DNA of 42,624 nucleotides, taken from positions 1-42,624 of IMG/VR virus record IMGVR_UViG_3300015370_001125, one strand, 5' to 3'. A model generated the notes under the pieces. It saw only the letters and a program-made list of their open reading frames with translations, had not been told where the DNA came from and ran no database searches. The translations under genes and the position numbers were made by a program. Of the stretch, positions 1-8,760 are shown piece after piece (the first letter of the stretch is position 1; every line of letters begins with the position of its first letter). This stretch comes from a virus (taxonomy: Duplodnaviria > Caudoviricetes).

Positions 1-852
1 TCACCCAAGTCTTTTCTTATGTACTGCCAAATATCTTCTTAGAAAATAATCAACAAATGCTTCCTGTCCTTTAGGAAAAGCATTATAATATGATCTCCTT
101 TTTTTATATTCAATAATTAGCATAGGATAACCCGCATGCCAAAGAATTTGATTCATTAACAATCTTCCAATTCTTCCATTACCATCTCCGAAAGGATGAA
201 TACTCTCAAATTTATAATGTGCTCTTGCAGCTAATTCAACAGGATTTAATTTTGATTTATTAACAAAATCTATAATTTGGTTCATAGTCAACCTAATTAC
301 ATTCCAATGTGGAGCAATATAACTTCCAACTCTTACAAGATAATTTCTGTATTTTCCTGCAATATCTGATTTAGTTTCTCCAAAAATTTCTTTATGCCAA
401 CCCAAGAATAATCCATTGCTAATATTTTCCTTTTTCTTCAACATTTCTAAAAACACTTTATTGTGAGCTTCTGTTTCCTTTACATCTCTAATTGGTTTGT
501 TTGGAGAAATCTTATCTTGAATAATTTCTCTTACCTCTTGTAAAGTAATAGTAGAACCTTCAATAGCATTAGAGTTGTAAGTAAAAGCTATGGAAATCTC
601 CTCTTTTTCTTTTTCTTGAACACTTTTTGGAAGTCTTTTCCACTCTTTTTGAAAATTTAATTTAATCTTTTCTAATTTTTTGTAGAGGTCTTTTTTTAAT
701 TCTTTACTAAATTCTCCTTTAATTTCATCTATGTTTTTTGGAATCCCTAATCCGAGATATTTCTCTCTGGTTATTACTTTCTTCCCTTTCCTAAAAGAAT
801 GTTGTAAGTAGTAATATTCTTTCTTGCCCTTTTTTTTAGTTATAATCCTCAT
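1..852 (-). CDS. fic: Fic family protein (AMPylase) with N-terminal inhibitory motif
   Basis: Canonical HPFGDGNGRIGR Fic motif and SNAIEG (S/TxxxEG) inhibitory helix. Confidence 0.93.
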   Translation of the reverse strand: MRIITKKKGKKEYYYLQHSFRKGKKVITREKYLGLGIPKNIDEIKGEFSKELKKDLYKKLEKIKLNFQKEWKRLPKSVQEKEKEEISIAFTYNSNAIEGSTITLQEVREIIQDKISPNKPIRDVKETEAHNKVFLEMLKKKENISNGLFLGWHKEIFGETKSDIAGKYRNYLVRVGSYIAPHWNVIRLTMNQIIDFVNKSKLNPVELAARAHYKFESIHPFGDGNGRIGRLLMNQILWHAGYPMLIIEYKKRRSYYNAFPKGQEAFVDYFLRRYLAVHKKRLG

Positions 853-858
853 ATAAAC

Positions 859-913
859 CTTACCATTACAAAGTATATAAATGTTATGTTTTTAGATAAA
901 ATGTAATGGTAAG
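859..913. promoter_or_regulatory. Perfect 12-bp inverted repeat flanking the fic TATA box
   Basis: CTTACCATTACA (859-870) / TGTAATGGTAAG (902-913) with a 31-bp spacer containing TTTATATA on the minus strand (874-881). Confidence 0.7.
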
Positions 914-931
914 AAATACATCACTCGATTA

Positions 932-1059
932 TGCCAAAGGGGTAACACGCCCACGCCGGGTTGTGAAGATGCCCCCGCCGGGTGTTGAGAGTCGTATTCG
1001 ACCTTCTGACGCCCACTCAGGGAATCGAGGAAATGTGACACCCTGAGAGGGAATCGAAC
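932..1059 (-). repeat. Tandem array of distinct tRNA 3'-end fragments (candidate att cores)
   Basis: Minus strand: GTTCGATT-CCCTC-TCAGGGT-G (1059-1039), CTCGATT-CCCTG-AGTGGGC-G (1029-1010), CTCAACA-CCCGG-CGGGGGC-A (989-970), TTCACAA-CCCGG-CGTGGGC-G (967-948); weaker units at 1002-983 and 946-932. Each clear unit has the 7+5+7+1 geometry of a tRNA 3' end. Confidence 0.75.
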
Positions 1060-1081
1060 TGATTTTCTTTTTGAAATGTGA

Positions 1082-2068
1082 ATGAAAGAAAGAAAAAAGA
1101 AAAAAGTTCAAAAAACAATCCATAAGAAAGATTTGAACCTGATAATATATCAGTTAATCAAAAGCGGGTTCAGACCTTCTAAAATATGTGGCATTCTTAA
1201 TGTAAAGAAAACAGCTCTGCAATATCATTTATCTTTGCTGAAAGAGGCTAAATTAATCAAAAAAGTAGGATATGGTGTTTGGGAAGTTGTCGGAAATTAT
1301 AGTGAGAAAAAGTTCAAAAAAACAAGCCGTGTAGCTCGTAACAACTGGGGGAGTAAATTTGAACTTCTTAAGCAAGATCAAGTAAGAGGACATGCATTTC
1401 AGTTCAAGCTTTTAATACCCAAAGGCTTGAGAAATTGGAATAAAAAAGAGGAGATTTTGCTGAAAAAGGGCATTGAATTCAAAAAATTAGATCATCTCTT
1501 TGGAGGAGGTGTTAGTTTAGATTTTAAGGGCCGAAAAGTCCATTTGACCAACAGTTCTGTAATCATTTATGAGAAGGAAAGCTACATAGCTGACCTTGCA
1601 AAAGATGCCAAAAGTGCTGCAATTTATCACTTTATGAAGCTTGTTAGAGCCTTAGAAAAGCATTTGAAAGCTGACTTTAGTGTCAGGGGTCAGTATAAAT
1701 TCAGAGTTACGAGACAACATTATGCATTAGTTAAGAATGCTTTGGCAAAGCAATATGATGAAAAAGGCGACAAATTAGAAGTTTATTCTGCAAATGGATT
1801 GTGGTTTGTGATTGACAATTCTTATAATTTAAAAGAAGCTGAAACAGTCAACCCTAAAGAAGCTGACTTAGACAATGAAAAAGTACAAGATTTCTTCAAT
1901 TCTCTTAAAAATCGACCTATAACAACTAACGAAATTCATTCTAATTTTATAGAATTAAGACAGATGATGAAAACAAGCTCAGAAAATCAAATTATGCTCG
2001 GTCAGGTTCTTCAGCAGATGGAGAAAAATGTTGCAAGAATTATAAAAAAGGTGGGTGAAGATGTATAG
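1082..2068 (+). CDS. N-terminal wHTH protein with a large C-terminal domain; candidate replication initiator
   Basis: HTH-like RPSKICGILNVKKTALQYHLSLLKEAKLIKKVGYGVW; first gene of the early operon; no other replication gene in the window. The Rep function is inferred. Confidence 0.5.
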   Translation: MKERKKKKVQKTIHKKDLNLIIYQLIKSGFRPSKICGILNVKKTALQYHLSLLKEAKLIKKVGYGVWEVVGNYSEKKFKKTSRVARNNWGSKFELLKQDQVRGHAFQFKLLIPKGLRNWNKKEEILLKKGIEFKKLDHLFGGGVSLDFKGRKVHLTNSSVIIYEKESYIADLAKDAKSAAIYHFMKLVRALEKHLKADFSVRGQYKFRVTRQHYALVKNALAKQYDEKGDKLEVYSANGLWFVIDNSYNLKEAETVNPKEADLDNEKVQDFFNSLKNRPITTNEIHSNFIELRQMMKTSSENQIMLGQVLQQMEKNVARIIKKVGEDV

Positions 2069-2381
2069 GTTCATAATTAACAAAAGATATGTCGATCTTC
2101 TCAGAGTTATAGCAAACCCTCAGAAACACAATGTTTTGGATGTCAGCAGAGAAATGAGCCTCGCATATGGACAAGCATCAAGTTATATCTCTCAATTTGC
2201 AAAAGAAGGTCTTCTTATAAAAAAGCGACTCGATACTGGGCCCGGAATTCAAGTAGATGTTCTAATTACTGAAAAAGGTAAGGCAATAATCGCTTGTTTT
2301 GATAAAATTGACGAGATAATGAAGAAAGGGTTTGATGTTCAAATAGAAGATGAAAAGGAGGTGAAAAATGGAAAAAACTGA
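2061..2381 (+). CDS. MarR/ArsR-like winged-helix regulator
   Basis: wHTH pattern (DVSREMSLAYGQASSYISQFAKEGLL...ITEKG); ATG 2061 preceded by GGTGA. Confidence 0.75.
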   Translation: MYRFIINKRYVDLLRVIANPQKHNVLDVSREMSLAYGQASSYISQFAKEGLLIKKRLDTGPGIQVDVLITEKGKAIIACFDKIDEIMKKGFDVQIEDEKEVKNGKN

Positions 2382-2784
2382 CAGCAAAGTTATTTATAAT
2401 GATCGAAGAAAAGAATTGACTCATCAAGTTGACTCTGAGCAAGAAGCTAAGAATAATGATGATGAAACTGTTGGGATTGTGACAACTAAGATGACTGGCG
2501 TCTATAAAGAAAAGGGAATCAGGAAAATGATTGGCGAGATGCAAATCGATATTAAGAAATTGAATGAAGTAATCCTGAAAACAGAAAAATCTCTTGAAAA
2601 AGTCAAAGATATTGAAGAAACTGAAGAGATAAAAAAGTGGAGAGAAATTCAAGAATTAATCCCAAAAATCAGAGAAAAAGAGAATCTTAAGAATCAGTTA
2701 GAAGGATTTAGAGAGCAATTGAAGCAGACAAAGAAAAATCTTGATCAGATTAAAAAAGCAATCGGGAGCAGATTAAAACTCTAA
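2368..2784 (+). CDS. Hypothetical coiled-coil protein
   Basis: GGAGGTGA SD; K/E-rich heptad C-terminal half. Confidence 0.7.
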   Translation: MEKTDSKVIYNDRRKELTHQVDSEQEAKNNDDETVGIVTTKMTGVYKEKGIRKMIGEMQIDIKKLNEVILKTEKSLEKVKDIEETEEIKKWREIQELIPKIREKENLKNQLEGFREQLKQTKKNLDQIKKAIGSRLKL

Positions 2785-2785
2785 A

Positions 2786-3274
2786 ATGGAGCATAAAAAG
2801 CTGACAATTGAATACCTCGGAATAGATGGCATCAAGCCATATGAAAAAAATCCACGTAAAAATAAACAGGCCATAGAGATTGTCATGAAAAGCATTCAGG
2901 AATTTGGATTCAAGAATCCTATAATTTTAGATAAGGAAAATGTGATTGTTGCTGGACATACGAGATTAGAGGCTGCTAAAAGACTTGGTTTAAAAGAAGT
3001 TCCTACAATAAAAGCAGAAGAGCTGACTAAGAACCAAATTAAAGCTTTCAGAATAATGGACAACAAATCCGCTGAATATGCCGATTGGGATTATGACCTA
3101 TTGATGGAAGAGATTGAGGATCTTAAAGAAGATGAAGATTTTAATTTGGAAACAATAGGATTTTCAAAAGCCGACTTAGATAATATAGAAAAACAATCCG
3201 AGAAGGCACTTGAAGAGATTGATGAGGATGTGGAAACTGAATTTGAATGTCCTAAATGTGGATACAAATATTAA
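2786..3274 (+). CDS. ParB/Srx N-terminal domain protein with C-terminal CPKCG zinc-ribbon half
   Basis: PYEKNPRKN...SIQEFGF.NPI...IVAGHTRLEAA motif typical of phage ParB-like proteins found next to methylases. Confidence 0.88.
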   Translation: MEHKKLTIEYLGIDGIKPYEKNPRKNKQAIEIVMKSIQEFGFKNPIILDKENVIVAGHTRLEAAKRLGLKEVPTIKAEELTKNQIKAFRIMDNKSAEYADWDYDLLMEEIEDLKEDEDFNLETIGFSKADLDNIEKQSEKALEEIDEDVETEFECPKCGYKY

Positions 3275-3275
3275 A

Positions 3276-4154
3276 ATGGCTACTGTAATTTCAACATTTG
3301 CAGGTTGTGGAGGCTCAAGTTTGGGTTATAAGCTGGCAGGATATGAAGAATTATTAGCGATAGATTTCGACAAACATGCTGTTGAATCATTTAAACTTAA
3401 TTTTCCTGATGTTCCTGCATGGGAGAAAGATTTAACAAAAGTCAGCCCTGAAGAGATTTTGAACTTTTGTAATCTTAAACCGGGAGAGCTTGATGTGCTT
3501 GATGGATCGCCTCCATGTCAAGGATTCAGTTCAGCAGGAAAAAGAGATGTAAATGATCCCCGCAATACTCTTTTTGAATCATTTGTCAATTTAATCAAAG
3601 GATTAAGGCCTAAAGTGTTTATTATGGAAAATGTTCCCGGAATGGTTCGAGGGAAAATGAAAGGGCATTATATTGAAATAATGAAATCTCTTAAGAACAC
3701 AGGATATAATGTTAAGTCTGCAATCATGGATGCTTCTTTTTATGATGTTCCGCAGGGAAGAAAAAGACTGATTTTTATTGGAGTTAATCCTAAATTGAAA
3801 GAGCCAAGCTTTCCAAAACCAAACAAAAGAAGAATGGCTCTTATTGATGTTCCTGAGTTAAGGCATATAAAGTCGCTTAATTCAGGTCAATACAAAAGGA
3901 TTTGGAGCAATGTAAAAAAACCAGCTCCTACAATAACGAAAACAAGGAGCCTTTATATTTTAGATCGAGAAGGAAAGCAGAGATATCCTACAATTGAAGA
4001 AGTAAAATTAATGTGCAGTTTCCCAAAAGATTTTCAGTTGACAGGTTCAGAATCAAAACAGTGGGCCAGACTTGGAAATGCAGTTATGCCTAATTTTATG
4101 TATCATATCTCAAAGCATGTAAGAGAGGTAATTCTAAATGACAAAGAAAACTAA
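3276..4154 (+). CDS. Orphan DNA (cytosine-5) methyltransferase
   Basis: Motifs FAGCGG, GSPPCQGFS, ENV, QxRxR, GNAV; start reassigned to ATG 3276, directly after the ParB stop. Confidence 0.93.
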   Translation: MATVISTFAGCGGSSLGYKLAGYEELLAIDFDKHAVESFKLNFPDVPAWEKDLTKVSPEEILNFCNLKPGELDVLDGSPPCQGFSSAGKRDVNDPRNTLFESFVNLIKGLRPKVFIMENVPGMVRGKMKGHYIEIMKSLKNTGYNVKSAIMDASFYDVPQGRKRLIFIGVNPKLKEPSFPKPNKRRMALIDVPELRHIKSLNSGQYKRIWSNVKKPAPTITKTRSLYILDREGKQRYPTIEEVKLMCSFPKDFQLTGSESKQWARLGNAVMPNFMYHISKHVREVILNDKEN

Positions 4155-4274
4155 GCCAAAAAGATAACAAAATAACTTAAAATTAAAGATGTAAAGGGGC
4201 ATAAAAGAGAAAAAATGTATTAAAATAACTTAAAACAAGCAATTTTAAGTGGAGAATTCAACAAATTCAACAAA

Positions 4275-4673
4275 ATGACAACATTATCAAAAAAAAAGGT
4301 TAAAAATGCAATACCGGGAAGTTTGGGTATTTATGCAATAATAGCAAAAAAATGTGGAGTTGATAGAAGTACAATAACTAAATTTTTAAAGAAAGAAAGA
4401 AACAAGAATATTCTGCTAGAAATAGAAGAAGAAAGAGAAAAGATCCTTGATATTGGAGAGAAAAAACTTATAGGATTAGTTAATGATGGAGAATTTCCCG
4501 CAATCAAATTCTTATTGTCAACTAAAGGAAAAAATAGGGGGTATATTGAAAAGAAAGAATTAAATGTTCATGATGAAAGAACAAGGATAATCATAGAAAA
4601 AGCTGATAATGATAACAATAAAGTGGAAACCAAGCAGAAGGCAGGAACAAGCACTGGAAGTCCTTCAGGATAA
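4275..4673 (+). CDS. terS: Terminase small subunit
   Basis: HTH (IAKKCGVDRSTI), AIKFLL..KGK.RGY motif, directly upstream of and overlapping terL. Confidence 0.8.
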   Translation: MTTLSKKKVKNAIPGSLGIYAIIAKKCGVDRSTITKFLKKERNKNILLEIEEEREKILDIGEKKLIGLVNDGEFPAIKFLLSTKGKNRGYIEKKELNVHDERTRIIIEKADNDNNKVETKQKAGTSTGSPSG

Positions 4674-5946
4674 AATACACACGGAAATATTTTATGGTGG
4701 AGGAGCAGGTGGAGGTAAGTCTTATTTGGGATGTTTCTGGTTGTTTTATAATTGTATTGAGTATCCGGGATCAAGATGGTTAATGGGCAGAGCAATATTA
4801 AAAAGTCTAAAAGAATCAACACTTTTAACATTCTTTCAAATATGCAAGCAGTTTAATGCCAAACCCAAAATAGATTACATCTATAATTCTATAGAAGGTA
4901 CAATAAAATTTTGGAATGGAAGTTCTATTTATTTAAAAGATTTATTTCATTATCCGAGTGATCCTGAATATGATAGTTTAGGTTCAACAGAATATACTGG
5001 AGCTTTTATAGATGAAGCAAGTCAAATTACTTCCAAAGCAAAGAATATTGTGATGTCGAGAATTAGATACCAACTCGATAAGTTTAAATTGGTACCAAAA
5101 CTTTTAATCGCAAGTAATCCCTCTAAGAATTTTTTATATTTTGAATTTTATAAGCCATCAAAGGAAAAAACAATAAAACCATATAGATCATTTATTCCCG
5201 CATTAGTTGGAGACAATCCTTTTATTTCGAAACATTATATTGATAATCTAAAGAAATTAGATAAGATAAGTAAGGAGAGATTATTGTATGGGAATTTTGA
5301 ATATGATGATGATCCTACAAAACTCTTTGATTATGATTCAATAATGGATATGTTTACAAATGATGCAGAAAGGGGTCAGAAATACTGCACTGTTGATGTT
5401 GCCGGAAGAGGTAGAGATAAAACTATTGTTATAATTTGGGATAATTTCTTCATTAAAAAAATAATTGTAAAAGATAATATTTCAAGTGAAGAGTTAGATA
5501 AGATTTTAATCCAATATAATATTCCAAGAAGTAAATGTGCAATTGATGAAGACGGGGTTGGTTTTGGTTTAGTAAAAGATTTATCAGGAGTTAAGGGATT
5601 TGTCAATAATGCTCAGGCTATTAGAAAAAAGAAAGAAACAGATAGAGATAAAGCCTTAAGAAATTACAAGAATCTTAAAGCACAGTGTTGGTTTGAATTA
5701 GCAAATTATGTCAATTCAGGACAGATAGGAGTTTATAGAGAGATACCTGTTGAAACGAGAGAATTACTTGTTGAAGATTTAGAACAGATAAAACAAAAGG
5801 ATCCGGGAAAGGATGCCCCACTTACTGTTTTGTCAAAAGAAGCTATCAAGGAAAATCTAGGAAGATCAACAGATGTTGGCGATGCTTTAATGATGAGAAT
5901 GTTTTTTGTTGTAAATACAAAAGAGCTTGCATTTGCTTTTGGCTAA
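4609..5946 (+). CDS. terL: Terminase large subunit
   Basis: Walker A GGGAGGGKS, Walker B FIDEASQ, ASNP coupling motif, nuclease DVAGRGRD...DVGDALM. Confidence 0.95.
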   Translation: MITIKWKPSRRQEQALEVLQDKIHTEIFYGGGAGGGKSYLGCFWLFYNCIEYPGSRWLMGRAILKSLKESTLLTFFQICKQFNAKPKIDYIYNSIEGTIKFWNGSSIYLKDLFHYPSDPEYDSLGSTEYTGAFIDEASQITSKAKNIVMSRIRYQLDKFKLVPKLLIASNPSKNFLYFEFYKPSKEKTIKPYRSFIPALVGDNPFISKHYIDNLKKLDKISKERLLYGNFEYDDDPTKLFDYDSIMDMFTNDAERGQKYCTVDVAGRGRDKTIVIIWDNFFIKKIIVKDNISSEELDKILIQYNIPRSKCAIDEDGVGFGLVKDLSGVKGFVNNAQAIRKKKETDRDKALRNYKNLKAQCWFELANYVNSGQIGVYREIPVETRELLVEDLEQIKQKDPGKDAPLTVLSKEAIKENLGRSTDVGDALMMRMFFVVNTKELAFAFG

Positions 5947-5996
5947 CCTTCTATTTTTTAAGAATATTCTCAAATTTTGAAATATTGTTTATAAGT
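5945..5996 (+). promoter_or_regulatory. Conserved late-promoter module, copy 1 (upstream of portal)
   Basis: AGAATATTCT palindrome, then GAAATATTG, then TATA-like TTTATAAG; 47/52 identical to 14499-14550. Confidence 0.8.
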
Positions 5997-6042
5997 TATT
6001 TTGGGTTTTCAAGAACATCCCTGCGCTTTTCCCATCATACTC

Positions 6043-8226
6043 ATGGCAGAAGAAAACTTGAATAAAGGCCTTATCAATACTTTCAAAAGCTGGTTTAAAA
6101 AATCAGAAAAATCAGTGTTGCCTGTAGGCTCAATAACTGAAGAATCAAGAGATGAATTGAATAAAGCTCTTGAACCAAAGTTTTTATTCAAGCCTCCTTT
6201 TGGATATCCTCGAAATGTTAATCTTTTGGAAGTCAGAAGATTGGCAGCAACTCCTTATGTTGAGATGTGTATTTCTACAATTATTGATGAGATTGGTGCT
6301 ATTGAATGGGATATTGTTACAAAAGAATGTGAAGAGGGTGGAGGAAAAGACGAACAAATTGAGCATATTAAAAAATTCTTTGAGAATCCAAATACTAATA
6401 AAGAAAGTTTTGAAAAGATTTTGAGAAAAGTTGTTAGAGACATCTTGGAAGTTGATTCTGGCATAATGATTAAACAGTTTAATATGAAAGAGGAGATGGT
6501 TGGAATTGTTGCCAAAGACGGAGCTACATTTAATAAAAATCCTGATATTTATGGAATGTTTACAGATAGAGAAGAATTAATGATTGGCTCAGAAATTGTC
6601 GGAGATAATAAGCAAAGTCAGAATATGCAACCCGGAATGATTAAGACTTCTGAGGCAAGAGAGAAAGCAGCTTATTTTCAATTTGGATGGGTTACAGGAA
6701 TTAGACCTATACCATTTGGAAAAAGAGAAGTTGTTTGGTTTGAAAGAAACCCCCGAACAGATAATTTTTATGGAAGAAGTCCAATTGAGATTTTAGCAGA
6801 AGCAATTCAAATGTTGATCTATTCTATTGAAGATAATCTGAAATATTACAATGACAATAATGTGCCAAAAGGTGTTTTAGGATTAGAAGAAAGTGATGCT
6901 GATTCTGTAAAAGCATTTGAGGATCAATGGACTCAAAAGATGCGCGAAAGAGATGCTGTCGGCAATTGGAGAAGAAAACCCCACCATATTCCTATAATAA
7001 ATAAGAAGCCCACATTTACAAGGATACAATTCTCAAATGCAGAGCTTGAATTAATTGAACAGCAAAAATGGTTCAGCAAAATGGTTTGGGCTTCTTTTGG
7101 AGTTACAGCAACAGAACTTGGATATACTGAAGACGCGAAGGGGATGGCCAATCAGATTGTTCAAAGTCAAGTGTTTAGAAAGAGGGCAATTAATCCTCTG
7201 TTAAGAATGATTGAATATAATATCAATAAAGAGATTATTTCCGAATTTGAATATGGGGGAATTGAATTTAAATTTAATACCTTTGATGTTGAAGAAGAAA
7301 CAAAAAAGGCGGGTTTATACAAAGCTCAATTAGACACCTTCAAAACAGTTAATGAAATAAGAAGAGAAGAGGGGCTGGATGAAGTTGAAGGAGGCGATGA
7401 AGTAAAAAGAGCCTTTTCGGAGAATACTTTTAATTTTGGAGAAGATAAACCTTTCAATAATCCTGATAAAAATAAAGAACCCGATAAAGAAGAAAAAGCA
7501 TTATCAACTTCTGGAGCAGACGCATTATTTCCAAAAGAAGGTGAGCAATTAGAAGTTTATCTTAAAAAATTAATGAAGAAAAACGAGAGAAAAATAGTCG
7601 AGCTATTGGAGAAGGAAAAAGGAAAAGATCAGATTAGCCAATTAAAAAGTGTTCAGGATGTTGTAAAATTTGTTAATCAATTACTGACTTTTGAAGGAAT
7701 AAAAACATTAAGTGATCCAGCAATAGAAAAATTATTTACAAAGGGTTGGGACAAATCAGAGGATCGACTTCAGAGAAATTTAGAGATGAATAAAGAAGCT
7801 CTTGAGATTTTAAAGAAACATACTTTTGAAAACCTTAAAGGAATGACTGAAGAAATTGCTGAAGATTTAAGACAAGAATTAGAAAGGGGTTTTATCAATG
7901 CTGAAACTATTGAGCAATTGAAAGACCGAGTGAAGAAAGTTTTTGATGTAGGTGAAAACAGATCTATGATGATAGCTCGGACAGAATCTAATAGAGCTGA
8001 AAATCAAGGTCAATTACAAGCTATGAAAAAAAGTGGAGAGAAAATGACTAAAACTTGGCTTTCTGCTAACGATGATCATACTTCTCCTTTATGTAAAAGA
8101 TTGAATGGAAAAACAGTTGGATTAAATGAAAAATTCTTAGATTCACAAACTAAACAGGAGTTCGATTCACCGCCTGCTCATGTAAATTGCAGGAGCACCA
8201 TGGTGTATAATTTTGAAGATGACTGA
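6043..8226 (+). CDS. Portal protein fused to Mu gpF/SPP1 gp7-like head morphogenesis domain
   Basis: Portal motifs (YGRSPIE, NNVPKGVL, SFGVTATELG, TVNEIRREEGLDEVEGGD) followed in frame by RSMMIARTE...WLSAND..TSPLC..LNG...PPAHVNCRS. Confidence 0.9.
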   Translation: MAEENLNKGLINTFKSWFKKSEKSVLPVGSITEESRDELNKALEPKFLFKPPFGYPRNVNLLEVRRLAATPYVEMCISTIIDEIGAIEWDIVTKECEEGGGKDEQIEHIKKFFENPNTNKESFEKILRKVVRDILEVDSGIMIKQFNMKEEMVGIVAKDGATFNKNPDIYGMFTDREELMIGSEIVGDNKQSQNMQPGMIKTSEAREKAAYFQFGWVTGIRPIPFGKREVVWFERNPRTDNFYGRSPIEILAEAIQMLIYSIEDNLKYYNDNNVPKGVLGLEESDADSVKAFEDQWTQKMRERDAVGNWRRKPHHIPIINKKPTFTRIQFSNAELELIEQQKWFSKMVWASFGVTATELGYTEDAKGMANQIVQSQVFRKRAINPLLRMIEYNINKEIISEFEYGGIEFKFNTFDVEEETKKAGLYKAQLDTFKTVNEIRREEGLDEVEGGDEVKRAFSENTFNFGEDKPFNNPDKNKEPDKEEKALSTSGADALFPKEGEQLEVYLKKLMKKNERKIVELLEKEKGKDQISQLKSVQDVVKFVNQLLTFEGIKTLSDPAIEKLFTKGWDKSEDRLQRNLEMNKEALEILKKHTFENLKGMTEEIAEDLRQELERGFINAETIEQLKDRVKKVFDVGENRSMMIARTESNRAENQGQLQAMKKSGEKMTKTWLSANDDHTSPLCKRLNGKTVGLNEKFLDSQTKQEFDSPPAHVNCRSTMVYNFEDD

Positions 8227-8560
8227 AATAAGCGCATATAGGGGGGATGATAAAACATGGAACTTGAATTTTACAGATGCAGATGGAAATGCAATTGACC
8301 TAACAGGATCAACTATATTCTTTACAGTAAAATCGAATAAGACTGATCAAGATTCGGATGCTGTTATATCAAAAGATCAGTCATCTCATGTTGATGCTGT
8401 TAATGGGCAGACCCAAATTGTCTTAACAAATTCGGATACAAACATTAAGATTGGAAATTACTATTATGATTTTCAACTAGTAGATTCAACAGGTTTGGTT
8501 ACAACTGTTTTATCTGGTATATTCAAAATTAAACAGGATATAACTGTGAGAACATCATGA
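8219..8560 (+). CDS. BppU-N-like Ig-fold virion/accessory protein
   Basis: RGD....F.D..G..IDLTG....F.VK...Y.YD.QL pattern typical of BppU N-terminal-like domains. Confidence 0.6.
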   Translation: MTEISAYRGDDKTWNLNFTDADGNAIDLTGSTIFFTVKSNKTDQDSDAVISKDQSSHVDAVNGQTQIVLTNSDTNIKIGNYYYDFQLVDSTGLVTTVLSGIFKIKQDITVRTS

Positions 8561-8760
8561 CAGATCAAACAATAAATGTGGCAATAGGTGAAGATGTGAT
8601 TAATGTTACTTTGGAAGCCGGAGTCAGCTCGATTACATATGTTGCCGAGGATGTTAAGTTTAGATTTGATGGCGAAAGTGGCGATACTTATTTGCTTTAT
8701 AATTCTGCAACTGGAAAATTAGAGTTGTGGGTTGATGGGGTGAAAAGACAACAATGGTGA
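8557..8760 (+). CDS. Small hypothetical protein
   Basis: ATGA overlap with the upstream gene and overlap with the downstream gene. Confidence 0.65.
   Translation: MTDQTINVAIGEDVINVTLEAGVSSITYVAEDVKFRFDGESGDTYLLYNSATGKLELWVDGVKRQQW

Noticed and set aside
932-1059. CRISPR mini-array
   Set aside because: No constant repeat with 30-40 nt spacers, and no cas genes in the window.
929-1123. 64-aa minus-strand ORF, or a complete tRNA gene, in the GC-rich island
   Set aside because: The ORF has atypical composition and overlaps gene 1082. No D-arm, anticodon arm or matching 5' acceptor strand can be found, so there is no intact or intron-containing tRNA.
4609-5946. Intein or intron in TerL
   Set aside because: Normal length, and no intein splice motifs or LAGLIDADG domain.
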